A DNA stretch of 64,000 nt, from the IMG/VR virus record IMGVR_UViG_3300023049_000005, positions 186,001 through 250,000 of that record; one strand, written 5' to 3'. Below, piece after piece: positions 19,723-30,184 of the stretch (positions are counted from its first letter, which is position 1; every line of letters starts with the position of its first letter). The notes below the pieces were generated by a model. The model was not told the DNA's origin. It did not search any database and saw only the letters and a list, made by a program, of their open reading frames with translations. The position numbers and the translations under genes were made by a program.

Positions 19723-22281
19723 ATGTCTACATATTCAATAAATGACGGAACTCCATATGAATCTACCTTTTTAGGTGACCTTTCAATAAATACTGTATTA
19801 AACGAGATACCTAATAATACATCTCAATTAATCGTACCTGAGAATGTACGAAATGCCTTATTTACGCTATGGGATAATATAGCATTTAAGACAGTAGCAG
19901 CTACGGGTAGTAGTGTTTCTTATATCGGAATCGGTGGAACTATTCACACAGAAAAATACACAAATACTGCGGATGGGTTAAAGGTATTGATGGGTAAACC
20001 ACAATTAAATAACTCTGATATATTAGATAATATTTTAATTGAATATAATGATACGTTACCATATACAAACAGTGACTTCTATTTCTACAATTTTAAACCT
20101 GATGATTTTTCTGACGGATCTGCTAATAAACAATATACGAAAGTATCATTCTTAGCGGGTGATAACTCTAATGACTTATTTCAGACAGCACCTTATATAT
20201 TATCACAACAAACAGTAGGTGGTACAGCGATAGATCTTACAATTTACAACCAAGGTGGTAAATTAATAATTGATTCAGCACAAGAGCTACAAATAGGTAG
20301 TACTTCTACTAAGGTTACATTATTAACAGGAACAGGATCAACAGGTGTTAAGACACTTCCTGCGGGAAATCCTGGTGATGTGCAATTAAATTTAGACGAT
20401 TGTGTATTTGGATTCATTAATGGTGGATCTGCATCAGTTGGAGATATACTTTTAATGGGGGCAAGTAACAGCCCATATTGGGGTGATTTGAATATCAATA
20501 GTATATTCACCTTAAACCAAGTATTGAATAGTGGTAATACTACGGATGGTAAAGATATAATCGTAACAGGTACTGATAGTATTTACTTCGGTGGAACAGG
20601 TAGTACATATACTTCTATTTCTAATAACGGTACATTCACATTAATTGATAGTCCTAATGGTGAGTTTAGAATTGATACTAATTTATTAAGATTGGATATC
20701 ACAGGGGTAGGACCGAACAAGGTTCTATACACAGATGGCACGGGTTATGCGTTTTGGGCAACACAGAGTATAGTTGATCCAGGTAGTCCTCTTACTAGTA
20801 TTCAGTACAACAACAATGGTGATTTCGGTGGATCTGCATTATTGTTATGGGACAATACATCAGGAACTATGACAGTAAACGCTTCGGAAGCATCGGCTGC
20901 AATTTCAGTTGCCGCTAATAACGGAGGTGGTGTTAATATAGAAGGTAATAACCAAGATGGTTTATTTCATATTACAAACGTGGCTGCGGATTTAGTTAAA
21001 TTAACCAACAAGGAAGGAGATCTAGAAGATTATAGTTTTATATTAAACGGAAATGTGTTTACTGCGTCTGAATATATGTTATCACTTAAATCTAATATAC
21101 AAGGTGGTATTTTTGTTAATACGGATATAGAAGGTAGTGGTGCAGGTCAAAATGCTATGGTAGTTAAAAATGCGAATGCTACTTTTTTCGATATTACGGT
21201 AAATGATTTTGAAACATCAACGGTCACTATAAACGATGCTGCTTCTGAACACGCACTGAATGTTAAAGCAAACAACACAGGTGGGTTACACGTGGATTCA
21301 AATAACAGTTCAAGTGTATTATTAATAGAAAATATAGTAGGAGCAGATAAATATTTCGAGATAGACGATAGTACTAAAGAAATGATATTCGACGATAAAA
21401 ATGAATATAAATTTATATTTAGTGGTGCATCGACAGCTATAATAAATAAATTCACTTTCAGAAATGGTGGAGCAGGCGATAAGGATATAACATTATTAGC
21501 TAACGCTGCGAATGAGGAATTTAATATTGCATATAATAATGCTAGTGGGGCAAGTAATTCAGTTATTTCATTTAGTCCTGATAATAATAATGGTTTATTC
21601 TTAGGGGTTAGCAATAGTTTAGAGAGTGCATTATTCCTAGGTGATTTTGATGGGTCTAATAGAGGTAGTGTTGTTGTATACCCTAGCACAGAAAGTACAC
21701 CACCTATCTTACAGAGAGCAACAAGTAAAAGTGTTGTTATTGGTAACAGCAGTAAGACAACACAAACATTAGGAACGGTGGTTGGTACTGATGCAGATAA
21801 AAGAATGCTTGGTATTAATATAGTACCTCAGGTTGATGATCATTTAAATGGTGTATATGCAGTAAATCCTTCTAATTATATCAGTACTGGATTTACTTTG
21901 TATAGTGGGATGTATTATGCATTGAATGTATTTGATACTTCTTATCTTATGTTAGACGGTGGTGGATATACAGGACAAACATTACATAGATTGGGAGCTT
22001 TAAGCGAGGGCGGCCCCGTAGCACCATATGGTACAACAGTAAGGATATGGAATAGATCAGGTGGTAATATATCGGTTGATACTATCTACAACACTAATGA
22101 GGCTGCTAGACATAACATATTCGTACCTGCGATAAGTTCTCCTGTACAATTGACATGGGCTACGGGAACAATGTTAGAATTTGTTTATTTAGCTATTGGT
22201 GGTGATATGTCAAGTACTTTAGCTGGTCTTGGTGTTGGGGGTTTATTAGGTGAAGGTGGTGTTTGGTATAACATAAATTAA
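19723..22281 (+). CDS. Tail fibre / receptor-binding-like structural protein
   Basis: G/N/S/T-rich beta protein; TLNQVLNSGNTT and PG....IQYNNNGDFGGS fibre-type motifs. Confidence 0.6.
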   Translation: MSTYSINDGTPYESTFLGDLSINTVLNEIPNNTSQLIVPENVRNALFTLWDNIAFKTVAATGSSVSYIGIGGTIHTEKYTNTADGLKVLMGKPQLNNSDILDNILIEYNDTLPYTNSDFYFYNFKPDDFSDGSANKQYTKVSFLAGDNSNDLFQTAPYILSQQTVGGTAIDLTIYNQGGKLIIDSAQELQIGSTSTKVTLLTGTGSTGVKTLPAGNPGDVQLNLDDCVFGFINGGSASVGDILLMGASNSPYWGDLNINSIFTLNQVLNSGNTTDGKDIIVTGTDSIYFGGTGSTYTSISNNGTFTLIDSPNGEFRIDTNLLRLDITGVGPNKVLYTDGTGYAFWATQSIVDPGSPLTSIQYNNNGDFGGSALLLWDNTSGTMTVNASEASAAISVAANNGGGVNIEGNNQDGLFHITNVAADLVKLTNKEGDLEDYSFILNGNVFTASEYMLSLKSNIQGGIFVNTDIEGSGAGQNAMVVKNANATFFDITVNDFETSTVTINDAASEHALNVKANNTGGLHVDSNNSSSVLLIENIVGADKYFEIDDSTKEMIFDDKNEYKFIFSGASTAIINKFTFRNGGAGDKDITLLANAANEEFNIAYNNASGASNSVISFSPDNNNGLFLGVSNSLESALFLGDFDGSNRGSVVVYPSTESTPPILQRATSKSVVIGNSSKTTQTLGTVVGTDADKRMLGINIVPQVDDHLNGVYAVNPSNYISTGFTLYSGMYYALNVFDTSYLMLDGGGYTGQTLHRLGALSEGGPVAPYGTTVRIWNRSGGNISVDTIYNTNEAARHNIFVPAISSPVQLTWATGTMLEFVYLAIGGDMSSTLAGLGVGGLLGEGGVWYNIN

Positions 22282-22291
22282 TATATAGTAC

Positions 22292-22957
22292 ATGAAGTTA
22301 ATATTAGAATTCACAGAATTTAATCACCAAAGAATGAATAGTGATTCTGTTCCACAATCAACACATGTAGATGATCCACAATTATCTCTTGGTTCATTTA
22401 ACAGATTTCAATCTAATCTTAAAAATGCAGTTAATAAATTAAACTCTATTTATAAGAAAATGAGTATTACTACATCAGGTGTTAATCTGACTAGTGGTAA
22501 ACCTATTGAACAAAATGATATTAAGAACATCAAGATTCTTAGAATATTCCCTAGTGATGATATTTACTATAATGTTTATTTCTCTTTCGAATTAGAAGAA
22601 AACGAATATTACGGAGTCATTAAAAAAATAAACCATGACCAACCTATATTATCATCTGAAATTTTTAAAGATGTGACAGTATTTGGATCTAAAGAATGGG
22701 TAATTAGAGTGAAGGGTAATTTGGTTAAGACTATAAAAAATTGGCTTAATGTAACTAAAGGAGAATATTTATCATTAAAAGAGATTGAGGTAATTGATAA
22801 ATTAACAGGTGAGTTAATACTACTTCCTGAGAAAAGTAAAATAGAAGTTCTTGGTACGTTTGACAGTGTGATTAATATTACACATGAAGATAGAGAATAT
22901 GATCTTAAAAATGGTAATTATTATTACTTCAATTATTACTTCGAGAATTTAAACTAA
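22292..22957 (+). CDS. Putative virion protein with CTS-like N-terminus
   Basis: MKLILEFTEFN; TAATATATA at 22279-22287. Confidence 0.65.
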   Translation: MKLILEFTEFNHQRMNSDSVPQSTHVDDPQLSLGSFNRFQSNLKNAVNKLNSIYKKMSITTSGVNLTSGKPIEQNDIKNIKILRIFPSDDIYYNVYFSFELEENEYYGVIKKINHDQPILSSEIFKDVTVFGSKEWVIRVKGNLVKTIKNWLNVTKGEYLSLKEIEVIDKLTGELILLPEKSKIEVLGTFDSVINITHEDREYDLKNGNYYYFNYYFENLN

Positions 22958-23155
22958 GGAATTTATAAGCTGATCTCTTTTTTCTATAAGAGTATGAAAG
23001 TGTTCTTTTTTGTAAACTTCGACTAAACCATTATCAGATACTATTAAGTACCCATTATCCATATTAGATAATACATCATACTTCTTACCGATGGTCAAAA
23101 ATGGATACTCATCATTAATACAGTATATAGGCTGTGTTCTTTCGTTCAAATACAT
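22949..23155 (-). CDS. Small SH3-like beta protein with C-terminal RD tag
   Basis: YCIN...LTIGKKYDV...YLIVSDNG; ends KRDQLINSLV. Confidence 0.7.
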   Translation of the reverse strand: MYLNERTQPIYCINDEYPFLTIGKKYDVLSNMDNGYLIVSDNGLVEVYKKEHFHTLIEKRDQLINSLV

Positions 23156-23158
23156 CTA

Positions 23159-24064
23159 TTATATATTAAACTCAATTTCTCCATTATCTACTTTTTTCAA
23201 GAAATCAGAAACAAAATTGTTGTTAAAATAATCCCAAATATCTACATAATTATCAACAGCGAATTCTCTAAAGTATCCCGAACATAGTGTTGTACATATC
23301 CGCATCATAGACCATCTTACTGCATCCTTAGGGCTGTAATATTTCTTACCATCAAAGATGGAAGGTAATACTAAACGTTCCAATGCTATAACATAGGATT
23401 CCTCTAAAATACATTTAGCCTTCTCTTCGAATGTAAACTTGTTCCATAGATCTTTTGAACACCAAACAGAATCTGTATCGGGTTGCATCTTTTCATATAA
23501 AGGATTATCATAATGAGCTACCATTCTATGGATATCATCATGTATAAAATAATACTTAACAAAGCCTTCACTTTGTCCAAAGAATTCTTCCTTAGATTTA
23601 TTTAAACTAGGTGTCTTTAATTTACCTAATCTATCCTTTGTTTCTTCTTTGTTTATCTTAGTGATCTTCTTTAATTTATCTATACCATTAAGTTCTTTAT
23701 GTAAAAAACAATAGTCTTCTATATGCTTATTGAACTTAATAGGATAATAGATATGAGCCTTTTTAAGACTATATAAAATCTCTTTTGATCCAATTACTGT
23801 TTTACAGAAATGGTTGTCATATATATTATATAACAAAGTGAGAGCTTTCGAAGAATCGGTTATTAAGAACTCAACCATACTTCTATCAAAATTATCATTC
23901 TTTTCGATATCGAAAAAAGTTATAAGATGACCCCTATCAACTATTTTAGAGGGGGTTAATATTTTTTTGAAATATTCTACTTCTTCTAAGTTAGCGATTA
24001 AGTCTATATCAAAATAACTTCTATCTCGATAATTAGAAAGTGCTTTAGATCCTACTAGTATCAT
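23159..24064 (-). CDS. Phage protein with N-terminal nucleotidyltransferase-like motif
   Basis: LVGSKAL...FDIDLI (GS + DxD); HDDIH, EESYVIALER, ICTTL.SG.FR.FA. Confidence 0.6.
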   Translation of the reverse strand: MILVGSKALSNYRDRSYFDIDLIANLEEVEYFKKILTPSKIVDRGHLITFFDIEKNDNFDRSMVEFLITDSSKALTLLYNIYDNHFCKTVIGSKEILYSLKKAHIYYPIKFNKHIEDYCFLHKELNGIDKLKKITKINKEETKDRLGKLKTPSLNKSKEEFFGQSEGFVKYYFIHDDIHRMVAHYDNPLYEKMQPDTDSVWCSKDLWNKFTFEEKAKCILEESYVIALERLVLPSIFDGKKYYSPKDAVRWSMMRICTTLCSGYFREFAVDNYVDIWDYFNNNFVSDFLKKVDNGEIEFNI

Positions 24065-24076
24065 GGTTATAAAATA

Positions 24077-24247
24077 TTACTCATCCAAAAGAGCTTCTAA
24101 TTCACGGATTATATGTTTATTAACAAGAACTTCTTCACTCCTTGTCATTTCAGCATTTTTTGGTTGTAACCAAACTCTTTCTTCGTCAGTAGTGTGTGCT
24201 TGTCTCTTATATAATCCTTGTAATCTTCCTTTTATTTTATCTTCCAT
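24077..24247 (-). CDS. Hypothetical 56-aa protein (below ORF-track cutoff)
   Basis: MEDKIKGRLQGLYKRQAHTTDEERVWLQPKNAEMTRSEEVLVNKHIIRELEALLDE*; fills a gap in a - strand gene run. Confidence 0.55.
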   Translation of the reverse strand: MEDKIKGRLQGLYKRQAHTTDEERVWLQPKNAEMTRSEEVLVNKHIIRELEALLDE

Positions 24248-24319
24248 ATTTGTTTAATTATTATTTAATTTATCTTTTCAAGTTTACTTCTGTTTCAAAA
24301 ACGGTTCTTACGCAAACCG

Positions 24320-24589
24320 TTAATAGGAAGAAGAAGTGTCTTCGTCATATGAAGAATCTTCATAGTATTCATCAGTATAGCTAATCATCCCATCTTCGTT
24401 ATATTCTTCTACAGTACCCGTAAGAATTTTTTCAGGATCTAAATCAATTATATCAATTTTTTCACTTAATTCTTTTATATGTGTTGAAGCCCTTTCCTTA
24501 CTGATTGGATCATCTTCTCTTATATAGCTTTCTACTATATCGTTTAGCTCTTCCCAAGCCTCGTTTATGTTTTCTATCTTATTGCTCAT
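24320..24589 (-). CDS. Hypothetical acidic protein
   Basis: 89 aa with Y/S/E/D-rich tail. Confidence 0.65.
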   Translation of the reverse strand: MSNKIENINEAWEELNDIVESYIREDDPISKERASTHIKELSEKIDIIDLDPEKILTGTVEEYNEDGMISYTDEYYEDSSYDEDTSSSY

Positions 24590-24809
24590 CTTCTAAAATT
24601 TGATTGATTTTAATATCTCTTATTTCTGCTTTGTTTATGAACCTATTCACATTATAATAATGTGGTTCACCATAATCATCTTCTACTTTAATTGTATTAG
24701 TAGATTCACCTACGTCTAGACAATCGTATTCCTTTAACTTAGTTAAGTATACGTTTGCCCATATCACACAAATAACTTTACTTCCTTTCTCTATTTTACT
24801 TCCTAGCAT
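24579..24809 (-). CDS. Small SH3-like beta protein with C-terminal RD tag
   Basis: KVICV...YLTKLKEYD...IKVEDDYG...NRF; ends IRDIKINQILEDEQ; similar to 22949..23155. Confidence 0.75.
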   Translation of the reverse strand: MLGSKIEKGSKVICVIWANVYLTKLKEYDCLDVGESTNTIKVEDDYGEPHYYNVNRFINKAEIRDIKINQILEDEQ

Positions 24810-24825
24810 ATTTAATATATATTAC

Positions 24826-25206
24826 ATGAATTGGTTAGATTTCATTTTAGACAACATATCCGAATTCGGTTTATATATTACAAAGTTAGAAAAAAAATTC
24901 CTAGATAACTATTATTCTAAGGAAATAAATAAAGAACTTACGGAAAGGTACGACTTTTATAAATCGATATATGAATCAGATGTGTCTTCTTCTTTCTTAT
25001 TAGAAAACATTACTTTTACCAACGAAACAGATGTAACTGACCTAAAGTTGAATATACTATGGGATAATATTAAGGAAGATGATGCTGATAATTTTCAGAA
25101 CATTTATAATATACCTACAAGAAAATTAAACTTAGAGTGGGAAGACCTAGATGATAGATATAGAAGGGAGTTCCATTTATATTGGAAAAAATATTATAGG
25201 TTTTAA
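24826..25206 (+). CDS. Hypothetical protein
   Basis: 126 aa; TAATATATA at 24813-24821. Confidence 0.65.
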   Translation: MNWLDFILDNISEFGLYITKLEKKFLDNYYSKEINKELTERYDFYKSIYESDVSSSFLLENITFTNETDVTDLKLNILWDNIKEDDADNFQNIYNIPTRKLNLEWEDLDDRYRREFHLYWKKYYRF

Positions 25207-25216
25207 TATATAGACT

Positions 25217-26314
25217 ATGGCTCATATAAACAATTTTCAGAAATTTAACGAAAGCAAGTTTGTAGAAGAACTACCTGAATACTTCTATCTAATATTACGT
25301 GCGGGTGATAGAGATAATAGTAATACTAACACTAAACCTTAGGAAACATTAGCTACTATGGAAGCTGAGGGATTAGTAGGGATTAGTTCGACTCCTAATA
25401 TTATATCTAGTTGGATGGACGTAAGACCTATATTAGTTATGATGCCTGCTGAAGAAACTATGAGAATAAATAAGATATTCCCTGTCGATTATTACAATCC
25501 TGATCAACTTGTGTCTAATGACCTATTTTTATTAAGAAGGTTAACAGATAATTATAATAAAGGAAGTAAGGCTGATCTAAAAGACAAGGAAGACGTAGAC
25601 AGATTTGAAAGATGGGAATATGATTCTACATTAACTAAGATATTCCAAGTTAGAAAATTGAGCGTAGGTAAAAAGAAATCGTCTAGATTAGTAGGAACTT
25701 GGCACAGAGATAGAACACATTACCAACAAAAATTATTCGAAACATTTGGACACAGTGCCTTCTATTACAGAATAGGAGACCATATATCTAATGAAATACA
25801 ACAAAAGAAATTTAAGATAAATAACGTAAACGATTTAGTCAAAGTGATGGGTGAAGCTATTGTAACTAACAGAGATGAGTTAGAACATATTACTTATGGT
25901 ACACATAAACAATTCGAGTGGTTCTTTAACTACTTTGATAAATACGGAACAAAAGGATTTAAACAAGTTCTTAATTGGATGATTATAGAACTTTCTAGGG
26001 TATGGGCAGAAAAAGAAAACGAATGGATTGTGAAGAAAGATAAGTTAAGTAGTAAAAGGGAATTTAAGATCCCTAACAATTCACACTTGATTATCAAAAC
26101 TTTCCCTGGTTATGAGGACGAAGAAGCATATGCTGAGTGGAATCAGAAAAGACAAAAAGCAAATAAAGAAAATAATAGAAGAGATTTGACACAAGGACTT
26201 AGAGAAGATTATGCTAAAGAAGCAGTAAAAGATTACCATTTAGATAATATATATGATATACACTATGTAGATAATTTACATGAGGGTAAGAAAAAAGTAA
26301 ATGAAATAAAATGA
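25217..26314 (+). CDS. Putative packaged protein, possibly ADP-ribosyltransferase-like, interrupted by in-frame TAG at 25340-25342
   Basis: ATG 25217 follows TAATATATA (25204-25212), encodes CTS-like MAHINNFQKFNES and is in frame with ORF 25358..26314 across one TAG; ILRAG / ISSTPN / ENEWIV. Confidence 0.5.
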
Positions 26315-26841
26315 AATACATAAGAGAATATAATAGCAATGTTTATAACTATATAAAATCAATCATTGATACTAAGTTCAATGAGTTAAAATATGATACT
26401 GAATTTTTAAAAGAAGTATATAATATCATAGATATATGGGTTTATATAAAATTTAAAAGCGATAATTCACTATTAGAGGATACTGAAATATCTATGGAAG
26501 GCTTCGATACGAGTTATGATTTCGCAGACCAAATAGCAGGCTTAGAGACTGCCGTTCTTGAAAGTGAAATGGAGATAGAAATCGATATAGAAACTACTTC
26601 ACCTGATTATATACAACAGGATTTTAAATTTAAGCTAATAGATAAAGATAAGCTTACTAAAATGTATAATTTTTATGACAAACATTCATATATTATGAAG
26701 AAGGCAAATGAATTATTTATTAAATATAAAGACGATATGGAAATTAATTATAGATCAGACGGAAACGAGTTGGGTATAACATACACCTTTACTGTAAATA
26801 TATCTGAAATGACTAATATGATAAAAAAATTAAATAAATGA
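26311..26841 (+). CDS. Hypothetical protein with CTS-like N-terminus
   Basis: MKYIREYNS ... NMIKKLNK. Confidence 0.7.
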   Translation: MKYIREYNSNVYNYIKSIIDTKFNELKYDTEFLKEVYNIIDIWVYIKFKSDNSLLEDTEISMEGFDTSYDFADQIAGLETAVLESEMEIEIDIETTSPDYIQQDFKFKLIDKDKLTKMYNFYDKHSYIMKKANELFIKYKDDMEINYRSDGNELGITYTFTVNISEMTNMIKKLNK

Positions 26842-27389
26842 GATATATAAAAGAATATAACAGTTATATAGAAAATCAAAGTGAGTATTTTGGGGCATAT
26901 ATGGATTCATTTATTGAAAGTAATAAATGGGTATATTCTTATGTAAACGAAAGTAGAGTAAGTTTTCTGTTCTCATTTAAAGGTGATATAATTGTTTATG
27001 ATGAAAATACAGGAGAAAGAAGCTCACATATCCTAAACACTCCTTTACAAAACAATAAAGAAAGGGTACTTGATCATTTAAAAAATGATGCTTTAATATC
27101 CGCTACTATAAGAGCAGGATTAAATATTAAATTAGAAAACGTAGAATTAGTTTGTATATTAAATGTAGGATATAATAAAAGATCTGATTGGTATGATATA
27201 GAAAATATCAAATCAATAGAAGACGAATTAGACAAGAAAAAGGGGCTAGTTGAAAAATTAAAAAGATTAACTACATTTGATAAATCAGATGTTCAAATAA
27301 GCCCCAATCTAGATGCCTTTGTGCATAAAAGATATATTAATATTAACATTGATGATATGTATAACATAATGAAAAAGTTAAATAAGTAA
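26838..27389 (+). CDS. Hypothetical protein with CTS-like N-terminus
   Basis: MRYIKEYNSYIEN ... NIMKKLNK. Confidence 0.7.
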   Translation: MRYIKEYNSYIENQSEYFGAYMDSFIESNKWVYSYVNESRVSFLFSFKGDIIVYDENTGERSSHILNTPLQNNKERVLDHLKNDALISATIRAGLNIKLENVELVCILNVGYNKRSDWYDIENIKSIEDELDKKKGLVEKLKRLTTFDKSDVQISPNLDAFVHKRYININIDDMYNIMKKLNK

Positions 27390-28060
27390 TGGAAAAAGTA
27401 TTATATCATTTCATACCCGTATTTAATTTAATCTCTCTTTTAGAAGAATATAAGAGCTTGAGTAAAATATTTTTGAAATCTAATTCAGAACACATTAGCT
27501 TAACTAGGAATCCTTCTTTAACTAGTGTGGATCTTTCTTTCGATAAACATATGTGTAGGATCACATTGGATACTAAGAAGATTTATGATAGGTATAAGAT
27601 AAAACCATACGCAGATTCAACTTATACACAAGGTAGTGATGAAGAACAAGAAGAAAGAGTATATGTAAAAAAGAGGTCTAATTGGCAAAGAAACTATGAT
27701 AAGGCATTACAAATACCCACAGGCGCATATAAAATAGATATATCTGATTGTATATTACGAATAGATATTTTAACAATGGTTCATAATAAAGTGAAAGACA
27801 GACAAGCAGGATATAACTCTTGGATGTTTTCATACGATCAATTTAATCCTAAGTATTTAGATCCCAAAAATAAAAAGAATTTACCTACAATACAAAAAGA
27901 CCACGAAGGTTTAGTTCATGGTCTTTTTAATATTTTAAAACAAGTTGATTTACCGTTTAAGGTAAAACTCGTCACAAAATTTGTCGGGTATAAATATCAG
28001 GATAAATATATCGATAAATGGAATAGAAGAAGTTTTTCTTTTAATTCTTTCGGTTCATAA
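27389..28060 (+). CDS. ADP-ribosyltransferase-fold-like protein
   Basis: LYHF, ISLTRN, RITLD..KI..RYKIKP, EEQEERV (H-S-E pattern). Confidence 0.5.
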   Translation: MEKVLYHFIPVFNLISLLEEYKSLSKIFLKSNSEHISLTRNPSLTSVDLSFDKHMCRITLDTKKIYDRYKIKPYADSTYTQGSDEEQEERVYVKKRSNWQRNYDKALQIPTGAYKIDISDCILRIDILTMVHNKVKDRQAGYNSWMFSYDQFNPKYLDPKNKKNLPTIQKDHEGLVHGLFNILKQVDLPFKVKLVTKFVGYKYQDKYIDKWNRRSFSFNSFGS

Positions 28061-29168
28061 ATCCCATTCGGTTATTATTTTCTTCTTCCTCCAATTTATC
28101 ATTATAGATTTGCGCTAAAGTCATATCTTCGGTAGTTTCTTCTTTCCCAAGTTTATTTAATATTTTATTAGCTTTATCCGTTTTAAGTTTACCGAATTCG
28201 TATTTCTTTAATAGTCTTCCTTCTCGAAGGAGAGCTTTATCTAAGTTATGTACATCAGTGTTAAAAGTACATATTATTTGAAATCTTAAACAATCCCCTA
28301 ATATACCATCAGATAAATTAAGTAGATCACTCACTGCAGCACCATTTCCTGAATTTCTCGATTCTACTAATTTCTCCGCATCCTCAATCATTAATACTGA
28401 GTTGGGATAGTCCATTAAGAAGTTTAACATAGAAGGCTCTGATAAAGAAGTCCCAATATTAGGTGGTATGAATATAACACGTTTATTAACTGTTCTGATA
28501 AGGTGTCTTAAATAAGTAGTTTTTCCTGTGCCTGGATCACCGTGGAATAAGAAAAGACCTACGCTTTCTCCTTTGATTTTTTCTATTACGTCATTATGCA
28601 CATCGATAAAACCATCGTTGTAATTACTCTCTAAATCTAAATTTGCATATTTATCATCGATCCTAAAATCAGATAAACTCATATCCTTACCTTGTGTAAG
28701 CATATGGACAGAAGTGTTAATTCTGTTTTTAGATCCGTCATTTATTATATTTTTAAGTTTATCTAAAACAATATGGTCTATTTCACCTTTACTAAGGAAC
28801 TGCAGATTTTCGTAATTAGATATACTCAACACAATATTTCTTTTCTGATCAACAGATATTCTATTTATTCTATCCTCTCTTTCGTTTACCAATTCCCCTG
28901 TATAATCATCTATTGTGTTCTCAGGAGTAAATGATTCCGAACAGTAATTTACATCAAATTCAAATTCTTTCTCTATTAGTTCTCTTACTTCCTTTCGAAC
29001 CGATTTATGTATAGAATAGAAATTATAACTATAATTAGCTAGATCCTTGAAAAATTTTAAATAAATTAAACGAACCTCAGATGAATCTTGGTATTCTGAA
29101 ATTTCTACATCAGTAATATTACCTATGGTTATATCGTTTCCTTTTATTTTGCTTGTCTTCATTTCCAT
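28041..29168 (-). CDS. AAA+ ATPase (single module)
   Basis: Walker A GDPGTGKT, Walker B LMIEDAE, LLNLSDG, TFN..LDKALLREGRL second region of homology, C-terminal MGF. Confidence 0.88.
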   Translation of the reverse strand: MEMKTSKIKGNDITIGNITDVEISEYQDSSEVRLIYLKFFKDLANYSYNFYSIHKSVRKEVRELIEKEFEFDVNYCSESFTPENTIDDYTGELVNEREDRINRISVDQKRNIVLSISNYENLQFLSKGEIDHIVLDKLKNIINDGSKNRINTSVHMLTQGKDMSLSDFRIDDKYANLDLESNYNDGFIDVHNDVIEKIKGESVGLFLFHGDPGTGKTTYLRHLIRTVNKRVIFIPPNIGTSLSEPSMLNFLMDYPNSVLMIEDAEKLVESRNSGNGAAVSDLLNLSDGILGDCLRFQIICTFNTDVHNLDKALLREGRLLKKYEFGKLKTDKANKILNKLGKEETTEDMTLAQIYNDKLEEEENNNRMGFMNRKN

Positions 29169-29226
29169 ATTTATATCAAACTTTTTATAATATATGATAT
29201 TTTTTGGTATTTGTTTTAAATATTAG

Positions 29227-29234
29227 TACATTTG
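29227..29234 (+). promoter_or_regulatory. Bacteroidota-type promoter (-33 TTTG / -7 TACATTTG)
   Basis: TTTG 29203-29206, 20-nt spacer, TACATTTG, then ATG 29249. Confidence 0.6.
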
Positions 29235-29248
29235 TAAAAAATAAAGAC

Positions 29249-30184
29249 ATGAATACGAATTATAATGCTATATACGACTTTTGTAAAGTCAGAAATAACG
29301 GAGTTTCTACTAAGAATGGAACTGTTGATTATCCACCAAGAGTTAAGTTTATAATCGAACTATTAGAAAAATTAGGTATTGATTATGAAATGGATACTTA
29401 CCAAGTAGGTAAATATAAGGATAACAACTTCCATAACATTTACCTAAGAGGAACTTCAACTCGTTGGTTTATGGCACACCACGATGTTTGTAATCATAAT
29501 ATTGATAATGCTAATGATAATTCTGCTAGTGTGATCAATGCTATTATGTTGAAAAACATTAGACCTGATGTTAATATAGCATTAGTAGATGGAGAAGAAC
29601 TACCTACAATGGGATTAGGTTCGGCACATTTTTCTGACCGTGTGAACAATGGTGATTTCGGAACAGTAGAATGGGTATTGAATTTAGAACTTACGGGAAT
29701 CGGAGGAAAGAATTTCTTTATCGCTGATATGAATAATCTATTGTGTGATAAGATATTTGATAAATTCGGATGTCCACCTTTCAATCCACCATTCAGTGAT
29801 GCTACTATTATGAATAGTCGTGGAATAATGACTACAGTAATTAACCCACTCCCTTTGGTAGAAAGGGGATTTAAAATAACCAAACTTGGTGCTTTAGAAG
29901 ATGATGGGTTTAAGTTAGGGGAACTAATCTTTGCAGATGATATAAAAAAGATAAATTTGCATTATCGTGATAATGATGAATTAGAAGATGATAACATAGA
30001 TAAGTTTATGTTAGAACCTTTTGAGATATCTGAATCTGATTTCGATAAAATGCCCTCAATTGAATATATGGATACTAGTATTCTATGGAGATGTCATATG
30101 GCTGCAGATACAGTTGATAAGATCAAAACGGATGATATGAAGGAATTTGTTGAACAAGTACTTACTGTTATTGCTGATATTTAA
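29249..30184 (+). CDS. M28-family metallopeptidase
   Basis: AHHD, ANDNSASV, DGEE..GS, LNLEL.G, SDA, CH...DT; start reassigned to ATG 29249. Confidence 0.8.
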   Translation: MNTNYNAIYDFCKVRNNGVSTKNGTVDYPPRVKFIIELLEKLGIDYEMDTYQVGKYKDNNFHNIYLRGTSTRWFMAHHDVCNHNIDNANDNSASVINAIMLKNIRPDVNIALVDGEELPTMGLGSAHFSDRVNNGDFGTVEWVLNLELTGIGGKNFFIADMNNLLCDKIFDKFGCPPFNPPFSDATIMNSRGIMTTVINPLPLVERGFKITKLGALEDDGFKLGELIFADDIKKINLHYRDNDELEDDNIDKFMLEPFEISESDFDKMPSIEYMDTSILWRCHMAADTVDKIKTDDMKEFVEQVLTVIADI

